NCBI RefSeq assembly: GCF_964355755.1
Contig: NC_092680.1
Span: 19,787,045 to 19,851,044, forward strand
Length of the DNA: 64,000 nt
From: Antedon mediterranea
Taxonomy: Eukaryota; Animalia; Echinodermata
Direction of reading: 5' to 3'
The stretch's first letter is position 1. Each line of letters opens with the position of its first letter. The notes under the pieces were generated by a model that searched no databases, was not told where the DNA came from, and saw only the letters and a list, made by a program, of their open reading frames with translations. Positions 1 to 14,600 of this stretch are shown in pieces. Both the position numbers and the translations under genes were made by a program.

Positions 1-769
1 TGTAGTAATGTATTTAAATCTATAAATAGAATCATTACTGTATGACCAAGTACTACTTTTCTGTTTACTTTGTTTTAGGCCAAATATATATATATATATT
101 TCCTCGTCTTTATCGTTTCAAATTAATTAATTCAACTTCAGTATATCCCCGGTCGGTTTAGAATTCATATTCTGTGCCTGATGTTTTTATATACACAGTA
201 CTTGTTAAGCGTCATCCCCCTCCTAATTTTGTAGTGACTCTCCAAAAAAATTTGGTTTATATCGCAACATGAATTACTAATATTCGAGTAGTACAGTATT
301 TATATAAATCTATGAAATATTTGCTCAAAATAATGTGAGGATACTCCTTCCCCTTTTTTTGTATGAGACCCCTTCCATTACCCTACACCCCCGGCCCCTG
401 CCCCTCCCTAACCTGGAATCAAAAAGACAGTATTAGTTTTGTGGTTGTTTGTTTGCAAAGCAATGCCCTATTTAATATTTATTAATAGGCATATTTTGAT
501 TTTAAGCATCTTAAATTTATAAGATAACATGATAACCTGTCATTATTTTTCATAATATTAGTTGGATTTATTATATAAGGTATATTATGTCATGTTTCGT
601 CAACACCATGAGAATCTTCAACTTGGGCTTTACACATATCAAATAACACGTTTCTTCAAAGGTCATCATGATGCAAAAGCAATATTATTGCAAATGAAGC
701 TAACCTTCCCAGGAGACAATCCTCACAGCAAAAAACAACTCAAACTTGTCAAGTTATTAACCTATATAT

Positions 770-1491
770 TTATACATTGGATGAATAATAAGGATGATTT
801 GAAATTGCTCCTCATCAAATAGCAACAATCAGATCAATTAACTAGGTTCCACATTGTTGTTTTGTATAAAACCTGAAGATTTGATTGGAAAAGAAGACTT
901 ATAAGCTTATTACTTGGTATAGAAAGATACAATTTTGGCACACATGGTGCAGGGAGCAACTCCCTGCATGGTGTATCATATATTTTTAGATTGGATGAAT
1001 AAGGAAGACTTGAAATTGATCCTCATCAAATAGCAACAATCAGATCAATTAACTAGGTTCCACATTGTTGTTTTGTATAAAACCGGAAGATTTTATTAGA
1101 AAAGAAGTGTAGTCTATCTTCTAGACAGCTTTATTTATTGGTATAAAAAGATACAATTTTGGCACACATGGCGTATCATATATTCTTAGATTGAATGAAT
1201 AAAAGGATGATTTGAAATTGCTCTTTATGAAAAAGCAACAATCAGATCAATTAACTAGGTTTCACATTGTTGTTTATATAAAACCGAAAGATTTTATTAG
1301 AAAAGAAGTTTATTTATTGGTATAAAAAGATAACATTTTAGCACACATGGCATATCATATATTTTGATGAATAAATAAGGATGACTTGAAATTGCTCCTC
1401 ATCAAATAACAACAATCCGATCAATTAACTAGGTTCCACATTGTTGTTTTGTATAAAACCTGAAGATTTGATTAGAAAAGAAGACTTATAA
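770..1491. repeat. Degenerate tandem repeat, ~4 copies of a 175-215 bp unit
   Basis: Core gaaattgctcctcatcaaatagcaacaatcagatcaattaactaggttccacattgttgttttgtataaaacc recurs near 800, 1010, 1215 and 1390. Confidence 0.9.
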
Positions 1492-2882
1492 GAGGAATAT
1501 CTAGCCTAGTTCAACATTAAAAAAAAGCTAATTTCGACCCTCTAGGTGACCTACTTTCAGAAATACTTACTAATGATATGAAGTAAGTACCGTACTATAG
1601 ATAAATCGTTTGTACATCAATTCATTATTTATTTCTAGAAATAGAAGTGACATAATATGTCACTACTTGTATAGATGAACATGTGGATATAAATAGAAAT
1701 TGGATTCAAGAATTGAGACAATATCAAGCAACCAATACCAATGTCTATTTATATCTTTTTTCTCCAAGGATGTATGTTGTAAACAGATAAAAATATTTTA
1801 TAAAACATTTTTTATAAATATTATGAAAATAGTGTTATTGCAAGCAAAATTTGTTTGTTATGTTCTTCCATGGAAGATTCATTAGGCATGGTGTAAAAAA
1901 CAGAGATTGCAACTGTTTCTTACTTGTTTTTTAAATATCAATATAAATAAATAACATAAATTAATAATTGATGCAATGGTGTGTGAATAATTTACTTCTT
2001 GCCAAAAAAAAATAAAGGAAACAAGTTACATAAAGCTATGGCCTTTCATACAGTAATGGTTGTTGACATATCTAAATAATAGCTATATAAACAGTATAGA
2101 TGGAGAAAATAAAATTTATGCCAAGTTCCTATCACATATCAGAATAGAAATCAATGAAATAAACCGTAAAAATACTTTTATCAGTGAAGAATAGTAAATA
2201 AAAAATAAAAAATTTTGGTTTTAGGAATAATGTAATTAGTGTTATAATAATTATATTTTCCATGCAAATTAAATGGAAATAATATTCAATGTTCCTAAAT
2301 TAAAACCATCTTATAAGATAAACTTTCATGTTGAAATGGTGATCATCATTTTGTGGTGTTTTTAAACACACATCAATGAAATGTATTTACTGAACATTCA
2401 TTGAATTGAAAATATTAAATTTAAAATATACTACTGTGTTTACTATACTGCTAACTGTAATTCCATTCTGTCAACCTAAAGAGTGCCTCATTACATGCAC
2501 TTAATCAATGAATTAAATATCTGACAAATTCCCTTTAATAACATATATTTTCACAACAATTCTAATCTGTTATACTGTACATCTTATTACATTACACTAC
2601 ATAGATTATCTATGATTTATACAGGTATATATCAAAACCAGCTGTTGGAGCTTACACATTAACAGCTCATTAATTTCACTACTGAGGAATGGTCTAGGGT
2701 TGGTCTGCAAGTCTTGTATAGGTCTGTTGACAAAAAAAACCCAAATATGGTAGTGATATACCCAAATATGGTAGTGATATAGCCAAATATGGTATTGATA
2801 TGTCTTGTATAGGTCTCTCTTTCTGCTGCGAGAAAATAATAATTAACCAAATTTCTTGGCTGCAGAATAGGATAGAACATTA

Positions 2883-3033
2883 AGCTACACTTTCAATCTA
2901 TCAAAAGAATAATAATTTGTGCCCAAATATGGTAGTGATAGGCCTAATATGGTAGTGATATGACATCATCATGTCCAAATATGGGCACATCAAATTTTGT
3001 TGTCACATAAAGTTTAATAGTGTAGACAGAGCT
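2883..3033. mobile_element. PIF/Harbinger-type MITE (family M1), degenerate copy; related internal repeats at 2727-2800
   Basis: Right TIR tagtgtagacagagct and internal ccaaatatggtagtgata repeats, shared with five other copies in the window. Confidence 0.75.
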
Positions 3034-3751
3034 TTTGGCTAAGTTCAGGATTTTTACGCACTGAGACTGGCCTCTACTTCAAAATTCTGGATCTGCAATT
3101 GTAGCATAAATAAGCTCTATCACATTAATACTAAATCAACATTATACACATGTAACAAACTGCAAAAAATAAATCGTTTCAATTGTAAAAATAATACAGT
3201 AATATCAGTATAGAAAGTATAATATATTATGAGAAATCAGATCGATAGTTTTGGACTTTCTCTTTCAATAAACATTTCATTCACACATGGTTATACATAT
3301 ATGTATTATTACTAGGTGCATCCATTCCCACTTTTGACAGCTCCCCTGTTAAGAAAAATCCTGTCTTAAATAAGAACTTTCTACAAAATGCAAAATATAG
3401 AATCAAAAGTATAATAAAATAAAAATTAGAAATATCCATGAAAAAAAAAATGGAATTGAAAGGGTAATTCTTAAACATTTAAATAAAATTACACTATTAA
3501 TAATAAATATAATAAATAAACAAAGATTAGAAATATCCATGCCAAAAAAAGAACTGAAATCATAGCTAAATGTACTCCATAATTATTAGCTAGCACCTAC
3601 TAATAAGTAAATCCTACTTTGGTTTGGCAGGATTTCAGCTTAATCAGGTAAACGGTATTAACTGGAATACTTCCTATTGCTCCCAATTATTTCTGTCATT
3701 GTAAAATTGCAATTCAGTTCTAATTTTAGAATGTTATTGTTTTGTGTCAAC

Positions 3752-4024
3752 TGTATAGTTGGGTCTCCCTTGTCATATAGTAGAGTCTGCCTTTTCGTAT
3801 AGTTGGGTCTCCCTTGTCATATAGTAGAGTCTCCCTTTTTGTATAGTTGGGTCTCCCTTGTCATATAGTAGAGTCTGCCTTTTCGTACAAAGAGTCTCCC
3901 TTTTCATATAGTGGGATTTCCCTTTTTGTGTAGTTTTTGGTCTCCCTTTATGTATAGTGGGGTCTCCCTTTTCGTATTTTGGGTCTCGGGTCTCTGGTCT
4001 TGGGTGTCTAGTTTCGAAACACTC
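3752..4024. repeat. Minisatellite of 22-bp subunits (44-bp dimer) ending in a TE-like terminus
   Basis: gtatagttgggtctcccttgtcatatagtagagtctgccttttc repeated and decaying into gggtctc repeats, then gtttcgaaacactc. Confidence 0.8.
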
Positions 4025-7000
4025 CACTGGCATGTGTATACTCTAACCTCTGTCCCTGCCATCTATCTGACGTATTGTTACAACAGTGGACTAATACCTC
4101 AGCCCCAGTCATCAACCAGATGTATTGACATACCTCAGTTTCTGTCATCTACTTCATATTCCTCTATCTGCCTAAAAAATATTGCTTGATACCAATGGAA
4201 AGAAAAGTTGACAGTTGAAGGGACTGTTTATAACTATATATATAACTTCATAGCATACTGTCTTTCTATACCACTGTTTGTACCCCATGAAATTTAACTC
4301 TCAAATTTACTGTACAGAGTCATAATTGTCAAAATCTGCAATTTTTTACTTCAGTTCTTAAAGACCTGTTCCATTTACGACATGCCCAAATTAATTTGTT
4401 TTTTCTCAGTCTAATAATTCGTTTTATCATTTATCTGTAAAACATGCTTATTTCTTATTTTGTCTTTCTGAAAAATGTTTTATTTAAGAAATAAATACAA
4501 TTTTGGCAGTGACTCTGGATTGTGTTATTAGTATTACCGTTTAAGACATTAGTTATAGGCGGATAAATCCAATACTAGACGCACATTTGTTACCTGTTGC
4601 CTGCCTCTGCACTGAACATACAGCACAGTAGATGAAAAAATGTAAGGCTGTTGGAATACCTTTTAGCTATGCAATATATATGGTATCATATACATGTAGT
4701 TTGACAGATAGCTGCCATAAAAAATGTTTAAATTTGGCCATGCATATCAACATTTGACAGAATGCAATAATAACTGTTTCAAGTGTTGAATGCATTCACG
4801 GATTTAACATTCCTGAATAAAACAAAAAGATAAAAATAACTACATTTGCCTTTTTGTTGATGGATGATTTATTAAATGAAATGGTTGAATTACTGTTGTT
4901 GTTAAAAGCACAGTGAGCAATTCTTTTGGTAAAAATGTAACATTTACATTGAGAGAAACCTCTTTTTCAGAATAATTTAATTTATTTATGATATTATTAT
5001 ATTTATTTTCATTTAGTTGTTTTGATATTTATTTATTAATTATACAATTTTCAAATGTTATTGAATTTGAGGAACTTTATTTATTTACTAGTGCACTGAT
5101 TTTCAGTAATGGAAATATCAACACAAACATAATAAAGTAAAGACAAAGAGTAATCAAAATAATAAATAAAGAAAATATACATTAAAAATAGAAATCAATT
5201 TTTTAAATGTTGCATATCAATTGTATTTTGGAATTAAGTTATTTTTAAAGTTAATTTTTAATTCATCAGTTCCAGAACATTTAACCGCACGCAATAATAT
5301 GACCGTAATCATGTTGTATAAAGTGGCCTATGTTACAATACAAAGAAGCTACTGCCAGATTAATTAAATAAATAACTGCTTTTCCATCACAATATTGTTT
5401 TCCAATGAAACCTACAGTATTTGTGTATCCTGTTTTTCTTTCCAGAGTGAATTATACCATCATATACCTAAAGATATAATTACGGCCTATAAAAAACATT
5501 TTATTAAAAGCTAATTTAATGATATATAATAGATATTCTGAGAAATCTATTGAATTTATTGATGAAATAGCCAACCAGAAGGTGACAATTAATTTTTAAT
5601 TTGTACCCACAATACTTGAACTATTTTTATTCAATTTTGCAACATAACAACATTTATAACAGCAAGTACCTTGACTTTTTAAAGACATTTTATATTTCAA
5701 TAAAAGTCAACAAATCAATTACAGTCACAGTAATAGGAAATGCAACGTAAAGAGATTTTGCTAAATCAATATTTTTGTCATGTAAACATCAAATTAATTC
5801 CGTTTCAGATCCGTTTAATTCAACAAAACATTGTTTAATGCCCTAATATTGATTAATATACCATTATAAAATGTATTGTGTAAAACAGGGGTGGAGGGGA
5901 GGAGGGGGTATGGGGGATAATGGATTGCTTGAATAGTTGAAGGTGACATTTTCAAAATATTCAGAAAGCTTGATAAATAAAAGTTGACTTGCTATATCAT
6001 GATCTTAGAAAAAAAAATTATATACACTTTTTATATTTCCTTTGTTAATAGATATTGTGTTGTGTTACAGCTATTGAATTACATTTTATAAATAAAACAC
6101 ATGACAACTATTATTAGGATGGATTAATTCATAATGATGTTTATAATAGAATAGAGACAAAACAAGTCAGACAAAAGGGAAGACGACTTCTTTTAATAAA
6201 AATATGACATACAATTTTTCCTTTCCATTAAAATTTTTTCTTTGACAAATTGCAGATAATGTATTTATATATTGAGGTGAAATATCCGAAATGCTGTCGT
6301 CTTCCATATTTAATATTTATATGAATAATAATAACCATTGAAGCATATCTTATAAACGTCATAAATAATTGGATGTCTGCCAATATTATAATATATTTTT
6401 TCTTATACAAATATATTGCAATGATAGGTATACACAGTAGAAATAATATTAAAATTAATGTTTTTATATTATTAGTTTATAATAAGATATTTGTTTTCTG
6501 TGATTTCATCTTAAATTTTATTTGGTCCTTGCTGTTGCAGCCATTGCAACCTGGGGCATGTTTCTGATGCGAGCAAATATCCAGATACAATTGCCTCCAT
6601 TTCCTTGGCAGCAGAAATGGTATAAATTTCAAAAACAGACCGATTAAAGAGAGTTCTCTAATGGCCCAATTTTATTAGGTGTTGGAATATAATTTAACCG
6701 GCTATTGCTGTGCAACTTTTAGGTGCAACAAAATATATCGTTATGACCACACTTTTATTTTCAAATAAACAATTATTTGATGTTATTATACAACAGAAAA
6801 TGGAATCTAGAACAGAAACAGCAAAGAAGAAGACCAAGTGCCCTTGACTGTTAACAATAATAGGTGTTTTCTTTTAAAACTCTTGCGAGATGGAGGTCTT
6901 TGAAAATGAACAGCCCTTTGTAGTGTGGGTTCCAGTGAGTTTTGACTTAATTAATAAATAGATTTTGGCACATATGGCGTTTCATATGTTTGATATTTGA

Positions 7001-7373
7001 GCTTGATGGGTCAGAAAAACATCGAAAATGAACATGAAAATTTAGCTTCAGTTGACATGGTCAACCTTATTACAGGGACAATTTGTTACATCTCAAAATT
7101 CTCCCCTGGGTGTTCTGTTGTATTGTCCTATCTAAATGACTGAAAACCTTACTACATTAAATATGAAGAGCTTTGCCGCTAATGTGCTTTGGGAACAGAA
7201 GATACACCTATTATAAAGTCAATAGTGTTATCATCATATTCAAGATAACAAATGATACAGGCTATAGAATAAATATGTTTTATATAGGGCCTAACTATTT
7301 ATTATATACGGTACATTTCTGATAAATAGGAGAAAACAAAAGTTACCACACATTCAAAACTAGCCTATATGCT

Positions 7374-8600
7374 AAAATATCAACTTTTAAAATTCAATAA
7401 TTTGCGTATATATGGTGTTATCATCATCTTATAGAGCCATAGTAACTAGTTATTTGAAAAAATAAAAAGGTCGAAATTTGGTAATTTTTCGAAAATTGGC
7501 GAAAATATCCACTTTTTTAAATTCAATAATTATGCGATAATATTCCCATATAGGCCTATGGTGTTATCATCATCTTATAGAGCCATAGTTACTAGTTATT
7601 TGAACAAAAATAAAAAGGTCAAAATTAGGTAATTTTTCGAAAATTTCCTTGTACAGGGATTTTTTCGAAAAACGACTAAAATATCCACTTTTTTAAATTC
7701 AATAATTATGCGATAATATTGCCATATATGAGCATATATGGTGTTATCATCATCTTATAGAGTCATAGTAACTAGTTATTTGAAAAAATAAAAAGGTCGA
7801 AATTTGGTAATTTTTCGAAAATTGGCCAAAATATCCACTTTTTAAAATTAAATTCAATAATTATGCGATAATATTCATATATATGAGTATATATGGTGTT
7901 ATCATCATCTTATAGAGCCATAGTAATTAGTTATTTGAAAAATAAAGGTGGAAATTTGGAAATTTTTCGAAAAATGGCTAAAATATAAACTTTTTAAAAT
8001 TCAATAATTATGCGTTTATAAGTTTTCCTGTACTACAGTATAGTACAGGGATTTTTTCGAAAAATTGCCAAAATATCAGCTTTTTAAAATTCAATAATTA
8101 TGAGATAATATTGCCATATATGGTGTTATCATCATCTTATAGAGCCATAGTAACTAGTTATTTGAAAAAATAAAGGTGGAAATGTGGAAATTTTTCGAAA
8201 AATGGCTAAAATATAAACTTTTTAAAATTCAATAATTATGCGTTTATAAGTTTTCCTGTACTACAGTATAGTACAGGGATTTTTTCGAAAAATTGCCAAA
8301 ATATCAGCATTTTAAATTCAGTAATTATGCAAAAATATTGCCTATATGAGCAAATATGGTGTTATCATCATCTTATAGAGCCATAGTAACTAGTTATTGG
8401 AAAAATTAATAAGGTGGAAATTGAACCATTTTTCGAAACTTTTCCTGTACTATATAGTACAGGGATTTTTTCGAAAAATTGCCAAAATATCAGCTTTTTA
8501 AAATTCAATAATTATGCGATAATATTGCCATATATGAGCATATATGGTGTTATCATCATCTTATAGAACCATAGTAACTAGTTATAGGACCATTTTTCGA
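7374..8600. repeat. Satellite block A (140-220 bp variable units, palindromic, related to block B)
   Basis: tatggtgttatcatcatcttatagagccatagtaactagttatttgaaaaaataaaaaggtcgaaa recurs ~7 times; hairpin centres ccatatatg-ag-catatatgg and cctgtacta..tagtacagg. Confidence 0.9.
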
Positions 8601-8686
8601 AACTGCAAAAAGCAAAGTTTTGAGATAATCAACAAAACGTGTTCTTGTTTTAGCTCTTCACGTGTGTAGATAATATTATTTTTGAT

Positions 8687-11600
8687 TAGCATAATAAACA
8701 TGCGCAGAGTCGAAATTTTCGAAAAATGGCCGGTTTTCGACCCTTTTATTTTTTGACATAAATGGTTACTATAGCATAATAAACATGCGCAGATGGTTAC
8801 TATAGCATAATAAACATGCGCAGAGTCGACTAATGGGTTCTGCGCCGTTAATTGTGCTATAGTATCCAGTTTTATGGAAAAATAGAAAGGTCGAAAATTG
8901 GCCATTTCTTGAAAAAATCCCTGTACTATATACAGGGAAATTTTAGAAAAATGGCCGATTTTCGACAATTTTATTTTTTGACATAAATGGTTACTATAGC
9001 ATAATAAACATGCGCAGAGTCAACTAATGGGTTCTGCGCATGTCAATTGTGCTACAGTAACCAGTTTTGACATAAATGGTTACTATAGCATAATAAACAT
9101 GCGCAGAGTCGACTAATGGGTTCTGCGCATGTTAATTGTGCTATAGTAACCAGTTTTATCGAAAAATAAAAAGGTCGAAAATTGGCCATTTCTTGAAAAA
9201 AATCCCTGTACTATAGTACAGGAAAATTTTAGAAAAATGGCCGATTTTCGACCTTTTTATTTTTTTACATAAATGGTTACTATAGCATAATAAACATGCG
9301 CAGAGTCGACTAATGGGTTCTGCGCATGTTAATTGTGCTATAGTAACCAGTTTTATCGAAAAATAAAAAAGTCGAAAATTGGCCATTTCTTGAAAAAATC
9401 CCTGTACTATAGTACAGGGAAATTTTCGAAAAATGGCCGATTTTCGACCCTTTTATTTTTTGACATAAATGGTTACTATAGCATAATAAACATACGCAGA
9501 GTCGACTAATGGGTTCTGCGCATGTTAATTGTGCTATAGTAACCAGTTTTGACATAAATGGTTACTATAGCATAATAAACATGCGCAGAGTCGACTAATG
9601 GGTTCTGCGCATGTTAATTGTGCTATAATAACCAGTTTTATCAAAAAATAAAAAGGTCGAAAATTGGCCATTTTTTGGAAAAAATCCCTCTACTATAGTA
9701 CAGGGATTTTTTCAAGAAATGGCCAATTTTCGACCTTTTTATTTTTTTACAAAAATGGTTACTATAGCATAATAAACATGCGCAGATGGTTACTATAGCA
9801 TAATAAATATGCGCAGAGTCGACTAATGGGTTCTGCGCATGTTAATTGTGCTATAGTATCCAGTTTTATCGAAAAATAAAAAGATCGAAAATTGGCCATT
9901 TCTTGAAAAAATCCCTGTACTGTACAGGGAAATTTTAGAAAAATGGCCGATTTTCGACCTTTTTATTTTTTGACATAAATGGTTACTATAGCATAATAAA
10001 CATGCGCAGAGTCGACTAATGGGTTCTGCGCATGTCAATTGTGCTACAGTAACCAGTTTTGACATAAATGGTTACTATAGCATAATAAACATGCGCAGAG
10101 TCGACTAATGGGTTCTGCGCATGTTAATTGTGCTATAGTAACCAGTTTTATCGAAAAATAAAAAAGTCGAAAATTGGCCATTTCTTGAAAAAATCCCTGT
10201 ACTATAGTACAGGGAAATTTTCGAAAAATGGCCGATTTTTGACCTTTTTATTTTTTTACATAAATGGTTACTATAGCATAATAAACATGCGCAGAGTCGA
10301 CTAATGGGTTCTGCGCATGTCAATTGTGCTACAGTAACCAGTTTTGACATAAATGGTTACTATAGCATAATAAACATGCGCAGAGTCGACTAATGGGTTC
10401 TGCGCGTGTTAATTGTGCTATAGTAACCAGTTTTATCGAAAAATAAAAAGGTCGAAAATTGGCAATTTTTTGGAAAAAATCCCTGTACTATAGTACAGGG
10501 ATTTTTTCAAGAAATGGCCAATTTTCGACCTTTTTATTTTTTGACATAAATGGTTACTATAGCATAATAAACATGCGCAGATGGTTACTATAGCATAATA
10601 AACATGCGCAGAGTCGACTAATGGGTTCTGCGCATGTTAATTGTGCTATAGTATCCAGTTTTATCGAAAAATAAAAAGATCGAAAATTGGTCATTTCTTG
10701 AAAAAATCCCTGTACTATAGTACAGGGAAATTTTAGAAAAATGGCCGATTTTCGACCTTTTTATTTTTTGACATAAATGGTTACTATAGCATAATAAACA
10801 TGCGCAGAGTCGACTAATGGGTTCTGCGCATGTCAATTGTGCTACAGTAACCAGTTTTGACATAAATGGTTACTATAGCATAATAAACATGCGCAGAGTC
10901 GACTAATGGGTTCTGCGCATGTTAATTATGCTATAGTAACCAGTTTTATCGAAAAATAAAAAAGTCGAAAATTGGCCATTTCTTGAAAAAATCCCTGTAC
11001 TATAGTACAGGAAAATTTTCGAAAAATGGCCGATTTTCGACCTTTTTATTTTTTTACATAAATGGTTACTATAGCATAATAAACATGCGCAGAGTCGACT
11101 AATGGGTTCTGCGCATGTCAATTGTGCTACAGTAACCAGTTTTGACATAAATGGTTACTATAGCATAATAAATATGCGCAGAGTCGACTAATGGGTTCTG
11201 CGCATGTTAATTGTGCTATAGTATCCAATTTTATCGAAAAATAATAAGGTCGAAAATTGGCCATTTCTTGAAAAAATCCCTGTACTATATAGTACAGGGA
11301 AATTTTTGAAAAATGGCCGATTTTCGACCCTTTTATTTTTTGACATAAATGGTTACTATAGCATAATAAACATACGCAGAGTCGACTAATGGGTTCTGCG
11401 CATGTTAATTGTGCTATAGTAACCAGTTTTGACATAAATGGTTACTATAGCATAATAAACATGCGCAGAGTTGACTAATGGGTTCTGCGCATGTTAATTG
11501 TGCTATAGTATCCAGTTTTATCGAAAAATAAAAAGGTCGAAAATTTGCCATTTTTGGAAAAAAACCCTGTACTATAGTACAGGGAAATTTTCGAAAAATG

Positions 11601-14600
11601 GCCGATTTTCGACCCTTTTATTACTTGACATAAATGGTTACTATAGCATAATAAACATGCGCAGAGTCGACTAATGGGTTCTGCGCATGTTAATTGTGCT
11701 ATAGTATCCAATTTTATCGAAAAATAATAAGGTCGAAAATTGGCCATTTCTTGAAAAAATCCCTGTACTATAGTACAGGGAAATTTTTGAAAAATGGCCG
11801 ATTTTCGACCTTTTTATTTTTTGACATAAATGGTTACTATAGCATAATAAACATGCGCAGAGTCGACTAATGGGTTCTGCGCATGTAAATTGTGCTACAG
11901 TAACCAGTTTTGACATAAATGGTTACTATAGCATAATAAATATGCGCAGAGTCGACTAATGGGTTCTGCGCATGTTAATTGTGCTATAGTAACCAGTTTT
12001 ATCGAAAAATAAAAAGGTCGAAAATTGGCCATTTCTTGAAAAAATCCCTGTACTATAGTACAGGGAAATTTTCGTAAAATGGCCGATTTTCGACCTTTTT
12101 ATTTTTTGACATAAATGGTTACTATAGCATAATAAACATGCGCAGAGTCGACTAATGGGTTCTGCGCATGTTAATTGTGCTATAGTAACCAGTTTTATCG
12201 AAAAATAAAAAGGTCGAAAATTGGCCATTTTTTGGAAAAAATCCCTGTACTATAGTACAGGGAAATTTTCGAAAAATGGCCGATTTTCGACCCTTTTATT
12301 TTTTGACATAAATGGTTACTATAGCATAATAAACATACGCAGAGTCGACTAATGGGTTCTGCGCATGTTAATTGTGCTATAGTAACCAGTTTTATCGAAA
12401 AATAAAAAGGTCGAAAATTGGCCAGGAAAATTTTCGAAAAATGGCCGATTTTCGACCTTTTTATTTTTTTACATAAATGGTTACTATAGCATAATAAACA
12501 TGCGCAGAGTCGACTAATGGGTTCTGCGCATGTCAATTGTGCTATAGTAACCAGTTTTGACATAAATGGTTACTATAGCATAATAAATATGCGCAGAGTC
12601 GACTAATGGGTTCTGCGCATGTTAATTGTGCTATAGTAACCAGTTTTATCGAAAAATAAAAAGGTCGAAAATTGGCCATTTCTTGAAAAAATCCCTGTAC
12701 TATAGTACAGGGAAATTTTCGTAAAATGGCCGATTTTCGACCTTTTTATTTTTTGACATAAATGGTTACTATAGCATAATAAACATGCGCAGAGTCGACT
12801 AATGGGTTCTGCGCATGTTAATTGTGCTATAGTAACCAGTTTTATCGAAAAATAAAAAGGTCGAAAATTGGCCATTTTTTGGAAAAAATCCCTGTACTAT
12901 AGTACAGGGAAATTTTCGAAAAATGGCCGATTTTCGACCCTTTTATTTTTTGACATAAATGGTTACTATAGCATAATAAACATACGCAGAGTCGACTAAT
13001 GGGTTCTGCGCATGTTAATTGTGCTATAGTAACCAGTTTTATCGAAAAATAAAAAGGTCGAAAATTGGCCAGGAAAATTTTCGAAAAATGGCCGATTTTC
13101 GACCTTTTTATTTTTTTACATAAATGGTTACTATAGCATAATAAACATGCGCAGAGTCGACTAATGGGTTCTGCGCATGTCAATTGTGCTATAGTAACCA
13201 GTTTTGACATAATTGGTTACTATAGCATAATAAACATGCGCAGAGTCGACTAATGGGTTCTGCGCATGTTAATTGTGCTATAGTAACCAGTTTTATCGAA
13301 AAATAAAAAGGTCGAAAATTGGCCATTTTTTGGAAAAAATCCCTGTACTATAGTACAGGAAAATTTTCGAAAAATGGCCGATTTTCGACCCTTTGCTTTT
13401 TTGACATAAATGGTTACTATAGCATAATAAACATACGCAGAGTCGACTAATGGGTTCTGCGCATGTTAATTGTGCTATAGTAACCAGTTTTGACATAAGT
13501 GGTTACTATAGCATAATAAACATGCGCAGAGTTGACTAATGGGTTCTGCGCATGTTAATTGTGCTATAGTATCCAATTTTATCGAAAAATAATAAGGTCG
13601 AAAATTGGCCATTTCTTGAAAAAATCCCTGTACTATAGTACAGGAAAATTTTCGAAAAATGGCCGATTTTCGACCTTTTTATTTTTTTTACATAAATGGT
13701 TACTATAGCAAATAAACATGCGCAGAGTCGACTAATGGGTTCTGCGCATGTTAATTGTGCTATAGTAACCAGTTTTGACATAAATGGTTACTATAGCATA
13801 ATAAACATGCGCAGAGTCGACTAATGGGTTCTGCGCATGTTAATTGTGCTATAGTATCCAGTTTTATCGAAAAATAAAAAGGTCGAAAATTGGCCATTTT
13901 TGGAAAAAATCCCTGTACTATAGTACAGGGAAATTTTCGAAAAATTGCCGATTTTCGACCCTTTTATTTTCTTACATAAATGGTTACTATAGCATAATAA
14001 ACATGCGCAGAGTCGACTAATGGGTTCTGCGCATGTCAATTGTGCTACAGTAACCAGTTTTGACATAAATGGTTACTATAGAATAATAAACATGCGCAAG
14101 AGTCGACTAATGGGTTCTGCGCATGTTAATTGTGCTATAGTAACCAGTTTTATCGAAAAATAAAAAGGTCGAAAATTGGCCATCTCTTGAAAAAATCCCT
14201 GTACTATAGTACAGGGAAATTTTCGTAAAATGGCCGATTTTCGACCTTTTTATTTTTTTACATAAATGGTTACTATAGCATAATAAACATGCGCAGAGTC
14301 GACTAATGGGTTCTGCGCATGTCAATTGTGCTACAGTAACCAGTTTTGACATAAATGGTTACTATAGAATAATAAACATGCGCAAGAGTCGACTAATGGG
14401 TTCTGCGCATGTTAATTGTGCTATAGTAACCAGTTTTATCGAAAAATAAAAAGGTCGAAAATTGGCCATCTCTTGAAAAAATCCCTGTACTATAGTACAG
14501 GGAAATTTTCGTAAAATGGCCGATTTTCGACCTTTTTATTTTTTTACATAAATGGTTACTATAGCATAATAAACATGCGCAGAGTCGACTAATGGGTTCT

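Noticed and set aside
3773-4189. Repetitive ORFs (KGDPTI/KRET repeats)
   Set aside because: Translation of the 22/44-bp minisatellite.
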